The translations under genes and the position numbers were made by a program. 64,000 bases of DNA from Desulfatiglandales bacterium (lineage in GTDB: Bacteria > Desulfobacterota > DSM-4660 > Desulfatiglandales > Desulfatiglandaceae). Below the pieces are notes generated by a model. It had not been told where the DNA came from and searched no databases. It worked only from the letters and a program-made list of their open reading frames with translations. Shown here in pieces: positions 49,701-58,607 of the stretch (position 1 is its first letter; each line of letters opens with the position of its first letter). The stretch covers positions 1,824,001-1,888,000 of the forward strand of contig OY759599.1 of assembly GCA_963662465.1 (NCBI GenBank), read 5' to 3'.

Positions 49701-52700
49701 ATCGCGCCGTCAGATCCCGTGCAAAGGTTTTCCTTCGGATGGTTTGATCGATTTCATATTGAAGGGTTTCCCTGAAATCCTTAAATGAAGCATCCCCGCC
49801 CACTTGGACGCGTAATGGGACATACGGCGCAAAAAATCCCTCCAGCCCGGACATGTTTTGAGAAAGGCCATGGTATCTGAAACCCAAATCAAAAGTCGAT
49901 ATTTGACAAAAACGGGCCAGAAAGGCTGAAAAAGCGGCGATAACCAGAAGGGGCGCCCTCCCAATATCCTTTTCCGGGGCCGGGTCTACAATCCGGGCGG
50001 TAATGGTTGTGAATTTCGGGTCTTGATCATCGTTTCGGCCAACGTCGATATTGCTTGCAGGGGCAGACCTGTGTGTCTGCCCAGTAAAGGACGAACACAC
50101 AGGTTCGCCCCTACATTGGCAGCCGAGCTGAAGCGGCCTCAGATCAGTCATTTTACCGACCCAATAAGCCTCATATGGGGATATTTCGGCATTCAATGTG
50201 CTCAGTGAAACCGCAATGGCCGGATCCAGGTTCGGCAATCGTTTCCCCACGGAAAGGCCGGAATCCGCAATCCATTGGGAAAGGGTCAGAGGGGCGCCAT
50301 CAATGGTTTTTAATGATTGTACCGCCAGATCGCCCAACCCCGTTGCCAGGACCAGGGACCTTTCATTGGCAGCAACGATGGTTCCGGCCTCTTTTCCGGA
50401 ATTGTCGTCGAGAAGGGCGGTTTTGGAAACGATGACAAAATCGTGGTTTAAGGCGATCTTGGCATATCCCAACGGGTTGTCATAATTCCCGAAATCAAGC
50501 GCCCTTACCAGCGCATCGATGTCGCTTGCATTGCCGCGCCAGGAGATGACGCCCCCGGCCGGAGGCCTTTGATAAAGGGCATAATAGGTCCGTCTGGCCA
50601 GGTCCTGGGGATAAAAGGCCGTTTTGTTTTCAAGAAAATTTTCCACAAGAACATCAAAGCACCGAACCGCCGCTTCATAGCATTTGGCGTTAAGGGTGAG
50701 CGATGTCTCATTGGAATCAATTTGAAACATCTCCTGCTGCAAAATGTCGCCCGTATCCACCCCTTCCGCTGCCACATGCCAGGTAATCCCATGGTTTTTT
50801 TCACCATTCATGATGGCCCAGGCCGTGGCATGAATGCCGGCATACCTGGGCAGGGGAGAATCATGATAGTTAACGGCGTATCGCCGCGGCAGATTCAGCA
50901 CTGACGGCGCGAGTACATGACTGTTGACAATACTGAAAAGGTAATCAAAAGAGCAGCCCTCCATATGGACGGCCATATTTTTGTCAGGTTTGAAAACGGG
51001 GATATCTCTTTTGAATGCCCATTGATGGTTTTCTTCATCCGGGGAAATCATGCCGCAAATGGTGCAGCCTTTTTTCAATAAGATTTCCCCGCATTGAAGC
51101 GGCAGAGACCCTTCCCCGATGATGAAACAACTGAAGCCTTCGTGTGGAATCCGAGGCTTGACGCCATCAGTCTTGTTGAAAAAGCGGGTCCGGATATGGG
51201 ACAAAGGAAGGTTCGGATTCTCCAGGATCCCTGCCGTAACCCATTTTAAATCTTCAGCCATTCCTTTTATGACATTCGCATCAAACAGGTCCCGGTTGTA
51301 TTCAAACCATCCTTCCAGCCGATTTCCTCGTTCTTCCAGGTTCAGTAAAATATCGACCTTGGCCGTGCCATTGCCCACCTCTTCATAAGTCCATGTTGTG
51401 TTCGATGATGTGATGGCGGCGGGAGGCGTATTCTGCAGGATGAACAGGATCTGAAAGATGGGATTTCGGCTGGTATCCCGCTCCAGGGCCAGGGCCTCCA
51501 GCAGTTTTTCAAATGACATATTCTGGTGGTCGTAAGCCTCGATAGCGGTTTGACGAACCCGTTTCAGTAAAGTTTTAAAACCGGGATCACCGGAGAGGTC
51601 CGTTCGCATGACCAGTGAATTGATGAAAACACCGATAATTTTTTCCAGTTGCGGGTGATTTCGGTTGGCAATTGTGGAACCGACAATAACATCCGTTTCA
51701 CGGGTGTATGTGAAAAGAAGGGCTTTAAATGCGGAAAGCATTACCATGAAAAGCGTGGCATTTTCGTTTCGCGCCAGCGCCTTCAGGGCCGCTGTTGTTT
51801 TTTCTGAAAAATCCAGGTGATGCCTGGCCCCCGCAAAGGTTTGAAATCGAGATCTCGAATGGGCCATGGGAAGATTCAGCTCGGCCCGCGGTCCTTTGAG
51901 TTTATTTTTCCAATACGCCGTCTGATTTCTGATTTCCGGACGTTCAAGCTGTTTTCTCTGCCACAGAACAACGTCGCCGTACTGAATGGGCGGCGTGCTT
52001 TCAGAAAGCACCCCTCCGCGAACGAGTGCATGGTAAGCGTCGTACAGTTCCGAAAAAAAAAGGCTTGCGCCCCAGCCGTCTATGAGGATGTGGTGTATGG
52101 TAAAGACCAATTGATGATCAAATGGATTTATACACACCAGGACCGCCTTCATCAACGGCGGTTTGGAAAGGTCAAATGGATAAGCGCCGACCTCCCTTAA
52201 GATGCCTGCCAATTTCTTTTCGCGCTGAGATATGGACATCGCCGACCCATCCACCAGCGGTATACGAAAAGAGGAATTTCCATGTACGTTCTGTAACAAT
52301 TGCGTGTCGGTCATGGAAAAGGAGGTGCGCAGGATCTCGTGTTTTTTTATCATGAAATGAAAGGCATCATGAAGCTTGCTCGGATTCAACGGACCTTTCA
52401 TATGAATGTTCAACGGGATATTGAAAAGGATTCCCTGCTCATCCATCTGATGTAGCAGCCAGATCCCTTTTTGCGCATAGGACACCGGAAATTTTCGACG
52501 AGAGCCCTGGAAATGAGAAATGGGATCACCAAAACCGGAATCCGTCGCCCGATGTCCCGCCATAAGACTTTCCGCCAACTCAGCAACAGTAGGGCCGTCA
52601 AAAAAGGTTTTCAGGGAAATTTCCACGTTCATGTTTTTTGAAATGGTCGAACAAACACGGGTCGCCAGGAGGGAATGACCGCCCAGGTCAAAAAAATTAT

Positions 52701-54408
52701 CGTTAATGCCGACGCGATGGATCCCCAGCACCTGTTGAAAGATTTCGGCCAGCGCTTTTTCAATTTGGGATTTCGGCGGTACATAGGGCGTATGGTTCAG
52801 CGTCATCAGATCATTGGGATCAGGCGCCGGCAAAATGTCCCGATCCGTCTTGCCGTTGGGCGTGGTGGGCATTTGATCCAACCGGACAAAAACCGACGGC
52901 GCCATGTATTCCGGCAGAAATTTTTTCGAAAAATCCCTGAGTTCCCCGAACGATGCAATATTGTTTTCCATAAAGACCACATACGCAACCAGTCGTTTGA
53001 AACCCGGATCATCTTCGCGCAACAGAACCGTTGCCTCCCGAACGGCTGGGTGGGAACGAAGCAGGGTCTCAATTTCACCCAGCTCAATGCGGTAGCCGTG
53101 AAATTTAACCTGAAAATCCCGTCGACCCATAAACATAAGATTCCCGTCCGGAAGCAACCGGGCCATGTCCCCTGTTTTGTAAACCCGCGCGCCGGAATCC
53201 TTTGAGAAAGGGTCAGGCCGAAACCGCTCGGCGGTCAATTGGGGCCGATTGAGATATCCGAGCGCCACACCGGTTCCGCCAATCCATATTTCGCCCGGAT
53301 CACCCTCGGAAACCGGTTGCCCATTGCTATCCACAAGGTAAACCCACATGTGACGCACCGGCTTTCCGATGGGGACATTTTCGTGCGGTTCATTTTCGGG
53401 ACCCACACCATAGAGGGTGGCGCAAACCGTGGTTTCCGTGGGCCCGTAGCCGTTTATGATTTGCAGGTCCCGGACGTTTTCGCTGATGCTGTCAAGCAGG
53501 ATTTCCTGAATCGGTTCCACCCCCACCAGCAAACGCCTGAGGGTACATTTATCAGGATTTTTCTTGATCCAGACATCCAAATCCGTCAGCATCATGGGGG
53601 GCAGGTAGGCACTGGTCACCCGCAGTCCATATAACCATTCCATAAGAGCCGGCGCATCGGTTCGAACCGGTTCGGGCGTCATGACCAAGGCGGCGCCCGC
53701 CGTCAGGGTTGAAAAAATTTCATAAACCGACACATCGAAATTGAGACTGGTCCACCAACTGCCTAGGTCCCCTTCTCCGATGGGTTTTCGATCTTGAAAA
53801 TCCATCAGCAGATTCATAACCCCTTTGTGATGGCAACAAACGCCCTTGGGTTGTCCGGTTGACCCGGACGTGTAGATTACGTAGGCAGGTTCGTCGGAGG
53901 CAACGGAAATATGGGGCATACTTGTGGGTTCCTGACCGATTTCCGCCACCCGGGTATCCAGAAACAGGCATTCAGTTTTTAACTCTTTGAAGTTGTCTGA
54001 AAAATCGGAATGGCTGAGAACCAGGGGCATCTTGCTGTCTTCCGCCAGGTAAGCAATGCGCTCGGCGGGATAGGTCGCATCCAGGGGAAGATAAGCGCCT
54101 CCCGACTTGAGAACGCCCAGGATGGCAACGATCAAGTCAGGCGTGCGCCCCATGCCGATGCCCACCGGACCCTGGGATTTAACAATACCCATATGCCGAA
54201 GATAATGTGCCAGTTGATTGGATCGGTGGTGAAGTTCTTGGTAAGTTAAGACGTCATTTTCAGATATGACGGCAATTTCATTGGAGAACTGACGTGCGCA
54301 TTTGGAGAAACATTCGTGAATAAGGTATTTTTCAGCGTCGGTTTCTTCATTTCCCATAGTTTGCTCCAGAGGATTGGGGCGGCCATCATTTCGAGGATCA
54401 CCTTTCAT
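46750..54408 (-). CDS. Two-module NRPS: A-T-C-formyltransferase-(degenerate C-like)-A-T-TE
   Basis: YTSGSTG and YGPTE twice, LGGHSL twice, HHILIDG, NYHDSPLP..GVDTGDI and TE motif GISFGG. Alternative start ATG 54357. Confidence 0.93.
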   Translation of the reverse strand: MKGDPRNDGRPNPLEQTMGNEETDAEKYLIHECFSKCARQFSNEIAVISENDVLTYQELHHRSNQLAHYLRHMGIVKSQGPVGIGMGRTPDLIVAILGVLKSGGAYLPLDATYPAERIAYLAEDSKMPLVLSHSDFSDNFKELKTECLFLDTRVAEIGQEPTSMPHISVASDEPAYVIYTSGSTGQPKGVCCHHKGVMNLLMDFQDRKPIGEGDLGSWWTSLNFDVSVYEIFSTLTAGAALVMTPEPVRTDAPALMEWLYGLRVTSAYLPPMMLTDLDVWIKKNPDKCTLRRLLVGVEPIQEILLDSISENVRDLQIINGYGPTETTVCATLYGVGPENEPHENVPIGKPVRHMWVYLVDSNGQPVSEGDPGEIWIGGTGVALGYLNRPQLTAERFRPDPFSKDSGARVYKTGDMARLLPDGNLMFMGRRDFQVKFHGYRIELGEIETLLRSHPAVREATVLLREDDPGFKRLVAYVVFMENNIASFGELRDFSKKFLPEYMAPSVFVRLDQMPTTPNGKTDRDILPAPDPNDLMTLNHTPYVPPKSQIEKALAEIFQQVLGIHRVGINDNFFDLGGHSLLATRVCSTISKNMNVEISLKTFFDGPTVAELAESLMAGHRATDSGFGDPISHFQGSRRKFPVSYAQKGIWLLHQMDEQGILFNIPLNIHMKGPLNPSKLHDAFHFMIKKHEILRTSFSMTDTQLLQNVHGNSSFRIPLVDGSAMSISQREKKLAGILREVGAYPFDLSKPPLMKAVLVCINPFDHQLVFTIHHILIDGWGASLFFSELYDAYHALVRGGVLSESTPPIQYGDVVLWQRKQLERPEIRNQTAYWKNKLKGPRAELNLPMAHSRSRFQTFAGARHHLDFSEKTTAALKALARNENATLFMVMLSAFKALLFTYTRETDVIVGSTIANRNHPQLEKIIGVFINSLVMRTDLSGDPGFKTLLKRVRQTAIEAYDHQNMSFEKLLEALALERDTSRNPIFQILFILQNTPPAAITSSNTTWTYEEVGNGTAKVDILLNLEERGNRLEGWFEYNRDLFDANVIKGMAEDLKWVTAGILENPNLPLSHIRTRFFNKTDGVKPRIPHEGFSCFIIGEGSLPLQCGEILLKKGCTICGMISPDEENHQWAFKRDIPVFKPDKNMAVHMEGCSFDYLFSIVNSHVLAPSVLNLPRRYAVNYHDSPLPRYAGIHATAWAIMNGEKNHGITWHVAAEGVDTGDILQQEMFQIDSNETSLTLNAKCYEAAVRCFDVLVENFLENKTAFYPQDLARRTYYALYQRPPAGGVISWRGNASDIDALVRALDFGNYDNPLGYAKIALNHDFVIVSKTALLDDNSGKEAGTIVAANERSLVLATGLGDLAVQSLKTIDGAPLTLSQWIADSGLSVGKRLPNLDPAIAVSLSTLNAEISPYEAYWVGKMTDLRPLQLGCQCRGEPVCSSFTGQTHRSAPASNIDVGRNDDQDPKFTTITARIVDPAPEKDIGRAPLLVIAAFSAFLARFCQISTFDLGFRYHGLSQNMSGLEGFFAPYVPLRVQVGGDASFKDFRETLQYEIDQTIRRKTFARDLTARYPALDWKTPRRENHPFAAAVEWVENLSGYEPVPGPGLVLVIPKDGKTCCMAYDPRVFNRSHVQGLMDRFVNFLKRLMAPKSQAIKNISLLTDAEYHRQIVAWNDTDRGFPEHLCVHHLFEAKADRTPDAIAVMHGEKAFSYRELNLRANRLAWKLQKMGVGPEMLVGICMERSVDMITGILGILKAGGAYVPLDPTYPLERIASMLKDSNVPIVLTQAHLKETLCEFNGQIIFLNDERETADDESLENPAHRTTGRNTAYVIYTSGSTGTPKGVMVLHQGVVNHALAVAERFNMASCDRVAQFFSISFDGAVEEIFMTLTQGAALVLLPFDPLPSMNVFMEWLEKDRVTVLDLPSAFWHEWMHWLTDSQKPLPMTLRAVIVGGEKASESAFNTWMKHTGGRIRWFNTYGPTETTVVSTIFEPDLQNTEKPPAVISIGRPIANTRIYVVDQNLQPVPVGMSGEMLIGGLGVARGYLNRGNLTAKKFIRDPFREDGRVYRTGDRVRYLPDGQIDFIGRFDSQVKIRGFRVEPGEVEAALHLCPAVGQAAVAVRADRRGEKCLAAYVVPKKGAASDPSFFKQFLKQKLPSYLVPSDVVLLGSFPRLPNGKVDRRSLPDPHMAPTTMDSAFVAPTTPLQKQLAEIWKSVLGISKVGIQDHFFELGGHSLLAVRLCSEIENQIGKRIPLQTLFQAPTIEKLSQEIESGKTPEDFQSLIEIQAGGEKPPLFFIHVLGAGLHFCRPLIKYLGENQPVYGLSVHLLGGRLPTPNRVEDLAAHYVKEMRLIQPEGPYLLAGISFGGMVAYEMARQLLESGEKTAFLTLLDTVGPGAVKSASAGSRASAHWESLMDEGPAYILNKLKWRMKRLQRSFQLVGFRIRRVYLDLYEKTERPLNAGLRDFRARSYNKDAMERYVPRPYDGSVVLFRSHERILGVGVEVDPELGWGKLAKAGIEVFEAPSGHLGMLREPHVRFVGETIRTCIDQALLK
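50056..50115. repeat. Inverted pair of GTAG-family REP elements inside the NRPS coding sequence
   Basis: GCAGGGGCAGACCTGTGTGTCTGCCC on + and GTAGGGGCGAACCTGTGTGTTCGTCC on -, 6 nt apart. Confidence 0.8.
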
Positions 54409-54684
54409 TGGATCATAACGTGGTGCGGAACGCCGGGGACATCTAGTCGGACTAATCTTGGCATGGAACTTCTATTATCAGCATATTAACATCATGTCAA
54501 ATTAGTTGCTTAGTTGTGGACGTCCCCAACCTGTTCAACACATTTTTTGCACACGATTTGATGTTTTCTTCCTTTCACACTAAAGTTTTTCATCCGTTTG
54601 TCGATATTCCCACCAACAGGATGGGATCACGCACACGCCCGATTCCATAATTCAAATCCATTAATTTTTTTAGGGAGGATTCAC

Positions 54685-55176
54685 ATGAAGTATTTGGCAA
54701 TGGTTCTGGCAGTTTGTTTTTGCATTATTTCCGGTGGTACAATATGGGCTGAAGAGGACAAAGCCTCGGTTGAAGACGTTTATGACTTGGTGCTTAAAGC
54801 CCACAGCGTTGTCAGCAACCTGGGTGAAGAAGGGCTGGTCGCATTCAACGACCCCAAGGGGGAATTTGTATATAAAGACACCTACGTATTTGTTGAAAAA
54901 TGCCCCGAATATGTGGTGGCTCACCCTTTTGCTTTGGATAAACTGAAAGGAAAAGATTTGAGGCCCATTTATCCTCACCAGAATACCCTTTGCGAAGGAG
55001 CCAAGGATCCCAACGGCACCTGGGTGGAATACCAATGGCCCAAACCGGGGGAAACAAAACCTTCCCGGAAAATCGCTTTTATCATTCAGGTGGAGGGCAC
55101 ACCCTATGCCGTGATCGCCTCTATCTATAACGATGATATATCCATTGATGATCTGAACGCAAAAACAAAGAAATAA
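54685..55176 (+). CDS. Secreted stand-alone single Cache domain protein
   Basis: Signal peptide; AFNDPKGEFVYKDTYVFV, VAHP and GTWVEYQWPKPG..RK; RBS GGAGG. Confidence 0.82.
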   Translation: MKYLAMVLAVCFCIISGGTIWAEEDKASVEDVYDLVLKAHSVVSNLGEEGLVAFNDPKGEFVYKDTYVFVEKCPEYVVAHPFALDKLKGKDLRPIYPHQNTLCEGAKDPNGTWVEYQWPKPGETKPSRKIAFIIQVEGTPYAVIASIYNDDISIDDLNAKTKK

Positions 55177-55218
55177 CGGGCAGATAGTCGCTCATCGCAA
55201 TTTCATGCCTAAATTGGG

Positions 55219-55254
55219 GCAGGAGAGAAAAATTACGCATTCTCTCCTGTTTTC
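55219..55254 (+). terminator. Intrinsic terminator
   Basis: CAGGAGAGAA ... TTCTCTCCTG followed by TTTT. Confidence 0.6.
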
Positions 55255-55269
55255 AGTCTTTGGGTTACT

Positions 55270-55440
55270 CGGTTGACCCGTACGTGTAGATTACGTAGGC
55301 CGGTTCGTCAGGGGCAGTGGAAAGCCCCCAGAGTCATAGAGGCGGAAGCCACCCCCACACCCGTAACTCCCAGGATCGCCACACGCCCTCCCATGGCGCC
55401 CACAAACCACGGGACCCCGACCACACGACCTTTCATCGGG
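55270..55440 (-). pseudogene. Decayed copy of NRPS adenylation-domain 5' region
   Basis: 55270-55323 matches 53856-53909 at 48 of 54 nt and encodes DEPAYVIYTYGSTE followed by a stop. Confidence 0.75.
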
Positions 55441-55500
55441 CACGCGTTGTTTCACGCAATTGGAGAATCTTGCAAAAAAGAGAAAGCGGTTTTTGTCGTC

Positions 55501-56154
55501 TTAGAAGTAAAATTGAACACCCAGTTGAACCGCATGGGTTTGGATGGCATCTCCGCGCAGGGGGATCCCCCCTGTCTCATAATCCTGTTCGCCCAGTCCC
55601 ATGAAACGGTAGCCCAGAGAAAACCGCCATGCGTCCGTCAAGGCGTAAGAAACACCGGTCATGACTTTATAGATGAAAAGCGTGTTATGACCATGGGTGG
55701 GAGGAAAACCGGCCAGCGTAATGTCGTTAGCCGTAAAACGGGCGCCGCCCAAACCTGCCCCCACATAGGGTCTGAATTTCGTTCCGGTGGGAATATCGTA
55801 ATAAAAATTGGCCGTACCCCCCCACATATCATAGTAACCCGAAACATCACCGCCGCCACCTGAAAAGCGTACATAATCCGCATTGCTGCGCCCGTACAGA
55901 ACTTCTCCCTCGATCCGAAAGTCACCATATCGGTAGCCCAGGCCGCCGGAAATGTCCCAGCCCGTTTCAGCTCTGGTACTTCCCGATGAAAGTACGGGGG
56001 AACTGGTATCCACGGAAAAAGGGAATACCACGGAAGGACTGAATGAGACATAGAAACCGGGTTTCGACGTTATCTCAGGGCCTTCATCAGCCCATAAAAC
56101 CCCTGCCATGAACAACCCAAAGACGCCCGAAATGACACATGCCAAGATTTTCAA
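55501..56154 (-). CDS. Small outer-membrane beta-barrel protein (OmpA/Opa-like)
   Basis: Signal peptide, GYRYGDFRIEGE, RPYVGAGLG and C-terminal aromatic QFYF. Confidence 0.85.
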   Translation of the reverse strand: MKILACVISGVFGLFMAGVLWADEGPEITSKPGFYVSFSPSVVFPFSVDTSSPVLSSGSTRAETGWDISGGLGYRYGDFRIEGEVLYGRSNADYVRFSGGGGDVSGYYDMWGGTANFYYDIPTGTKFRPYVGAGLGGARFTANDITLAGFPPTHGHNTLFIYKVMTGVSYALTDAWRFSLGYRFMGLGEQDYETGGIPLRGDAIQTHAVQLGVQFYF

Positions 56155-56185
56155 AACTCACACCTCGATTTTTTACAATCGTTTA

Positions 56186-56249
56186 CAGGGTGCAGAGTGC
56201 GGGGTGCAGAAAAATCAGCTTCGATTTTCATCCTGCCCCCTGCCCCCTG
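56186..56249. repeat. Heptamer tracts (CAGGGTG)n / (CCCCCTG)n in inverted arrangement
   Basis: cagggtg cagagtg cggggtg ... catcctg ccccctg ccccctg. Confidence 0.55.
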
Positions 56250-56487
56250 TGAAATCAATTCCAACCTGGATGTCGATAGCACAATTTCCATTTTTCATCA
56301 AGAATCAATGGTCGAAATCGGTTAAACCGCGGATTGATCGAAAAGATGTTTCGCAAACTATAATATAATTGATTAACAGGCTGATTTATAGTAGAAAAAG
56401 GGAATGTCAACCATTTATTCCGGGCTCAAATGCCATCAATGGCATACAAACCGGAAACCCTGAACCGGATTTGAACAGGAGACGGCA

Positions 56488-56805
56488 ATGGTAGAGAAAG
56501 ACCAACAGGAGTGGTACAAAAAATTTTACGAAGGAACGTTTCTGGTTCAAGGCTGGAAATCCCGCATCAAAGAGATCCTTAAGGGCCTGTCAACCGAAGA
56601 CAAAAAGGAAATGGGGGAACTGCTGGAAAACCTCGGGAAAAAAATCGGCATGGAATGGGCCAGGGACAATGACGTCCGAAAAATCAACACATCACAACTT
56701 CAACAGTGGGGAAAGGACCTTCAAAAGGCCGGAAAAACCGGGTCCGCGGCACTGGCCAAACAGATCCGGCAACTGGATGAAGAGGTGGATCGTCGGCTTG
56801 CGTGA
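56488..56805 (+). CDS. Hypothetical protein
   Basis: 105-aa ORF with RBS AGGAG. Confidence 0.7.
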   Translation: MVEKDQQEWYKKFYEGTFLVQGWKSRIKEILKGLSTEDKKEMGELLENLGKKIGMEWARDNDVRKINTSQLQQWGKDLQKAGKTGSAALAKQIRQLDEEVDRRLA

Positions 56806-56825
56806 TCCACGCGTTTTTTCCGATT

Positions 56826-56851
56826 GTGCAACCACGGGGGGTTGCCCCTAC
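56826..56851 (-). repeat. GTAG-family REP element
   Basis: Minus strand reads GTAGGGGCAACCCCCCGTGGTTGCAC (GTAG followed by a hairpin). Confidence 0.72.
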
Positions 56852-56934
56852 ATACGGGGAAAGGCCATTGACAAAATGACGCTGCGCGTTATATTCGAAG
56901 TATTACACAACCTGATAACTGGAAAACCTTATAC

Positions 56935-58599
56935 ATGATAAACAATGAAACCCTTATGGCGGCATTGATGGGGATCTTAAGACCTTCCAATGCCGGGAAA
57001 CCAACGCTTTCCACCATGCGCCGTCGGACATTGAAACTGCTTAAAGAAGCCAAGGCCTCGGGAATGTTGGAAGATTTGGTCCGCCAGGTAGTATTGACAA
57101 CGGGCATCGAATCGTTTCTGCCCCAGCGCTACGCTAAATATCAACCGGTGGTGCGGGAAGGGATGATTTTTATGATGTCAGCGCTGCCCCTTTCGCGACT
57201 GGCCGATAAAATCGTCGACCAATTGCGCCTTTCCGAAGACGCTCCTTTCGGATGTCGTCTTTTTACATTGATCAAAGACATGCCCACGCTTCAGAAACTG
57301 GGTCAGATTATCTGCCGGAGCCCAGGCCTAGCGCCGGCCATGAAAAATGCCCTCATCGATCTGGAGGACAACATTCAAACCCTGTCCTATTCCCAGATTC
57401 GCCCGGCCCTGTTCAAGGAAATTGAAAAGCGCACGCCCCGCAATCGGATCATCCCTGAAAAACGCATCCTGGCCGAAGCCTCGGTCTGCGCGGTGATCCC
57501 CGCGCAGATCGCTTCAGGCAATCAAAAGAGAACAAGCCGGGCGGTGTTAAAAATCGTCAAACCCAGGGTCAAAAAGGATATGGCCGCGGATCTGGCGCTT
57601 CTGGAACGTCTCATGGAATTTCTGGACCAAAACAAGGGGGACTGGGATTTAGGGGATTTCAATTTCAGCGCAACCCTGGCACAGGTGGGCGTCCTGCTGG
57701 CCAATGAGGTAAATCTGGCAAGCGAACAGAAAAACATCGATTGCGCAGGGTACCATTTCAGGGACAATGCCATGGTGGTGATCCCCGAAAGACTTTCCGT
57801 GTCCACCCCGGGCATGACCGCCATGACACGGGTGGAAGGAAAAAAAATAACGGACGTGGCGCACCTGACGAAAAAACAGCGGCGAAAACTGGCCGGCGCA
57901 CTGGCCGAAACCTGCATCCTGCATCCCATCCAGGACATTCGCGAGGGGGGGCTTTTTCACGGAGACCCCCACGCCGGCAATCTGGCCTATACCTTCGAAA
58001 AAGGACGTCCCCGTCTCATCTTTTACGACTGGGGAATGCTTGGACGCCTGAACAAACTGGAACGGTTCGCCATGATCCTGCTCACCCTGGGACTCATGGC
58101 AAAAAGCGCCAATCTCGTCTTCTACACAGCGGACATTATCACAAAGGGGCAGCTTTCCGCCAATCCCGTCATGCGTAAAACCATCAAGCGCATTATCGAA
58201 GAAGGCATTGACTTGCAAAGCCGGGGGACCAACGGGATACTGGGTTCCATCGAATTTTTATTTGAGAAATTCACCCATGAGGGGGTCGTCTTTTCAGCGA
58301 ATCTGATGATGTATGAAAAGGCCATGGTGACCCTCAAAGGCGTGCTGTCCGACGTGGATTCCACCTTCAACCGGGATGCCTACATGATCCGGGCGGCAGT
58401 CGTATCCCTGATGGATGATGCCATTCGCTTCCGGCTTCTCAAACTTTTCATGAAAGAGGCCTGGTCTCTGTATCGCCACAGCCTGGGCCTTTTCTTTGAT
58501 CTTCAAAAGGTAGTCTACTGGTTCATGATGGACCTGGCCCGAATCTCCCGAAAAATCCCGGATGTGTTTTCCAACACACCGGCGCCGGCGCCGGCTTAA
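56935..58599 (+). CDS. ABC1/UbiB/AarF atypical kinase
   Basis: PTLQKLGQ, AVLKIVKP, FHGDPHAGNL and YDWGM. Confidence 0.85.
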   Translation: MINNETLMAALMGILRPSNAGKPTLSTMRRRTLKLLKEAKASGMLEDLVRQVVLTTGIESFLPQRYAKYQPVVREGMIFMMSALPLSRLADKIVDQLRLSEDAPFGCRLFTLIKDMPTLQKLGQIICRSPGLAPAMKNALIDLEDNIQTLSYSQIRPALFKEIEKRTPRNRIIPEKRILAEASVCAVIPAQIASGNQKRTSRAVLKIVKPRVKKDMAADLALLERLMEFLDQNKGDWDLGDFNFSATLAQVGVLLANEVNLASEQKNIDCAGYHFRDNAMVVIPERLSVSTPGMTAMTRVEGKKITDVAHLTKKQRRKLAGALAETCILHPIQDIREGGLFHGDPHAGNLAYTFEKGRPRLIFYDWGMLGRLNKLERFAMILLTLGLMAKSANLVFYTADIITKGQLSANPVMRKTIKRIIEEGIDLQSRGTNGILGSIEFLFEKFTHEGVVFSANLMMYEKAMVTLKGVLSDVDSTFNRDAYMIRAAVVSLMDDAIRFRLLKLFMKEAWSLYRHSLGLFFDLQKVVYWFMMDLARISRKIPDVFSNTPAPAPA

Positions 58600-58607
58600 A
58601 ACGCGCT

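Noticed and set aside
55273..55863. 196-aa plus-strand ORF
   Set aside because: Antisense to the beta-barrel gene and the NRPS relic, with no recognisable motifs.
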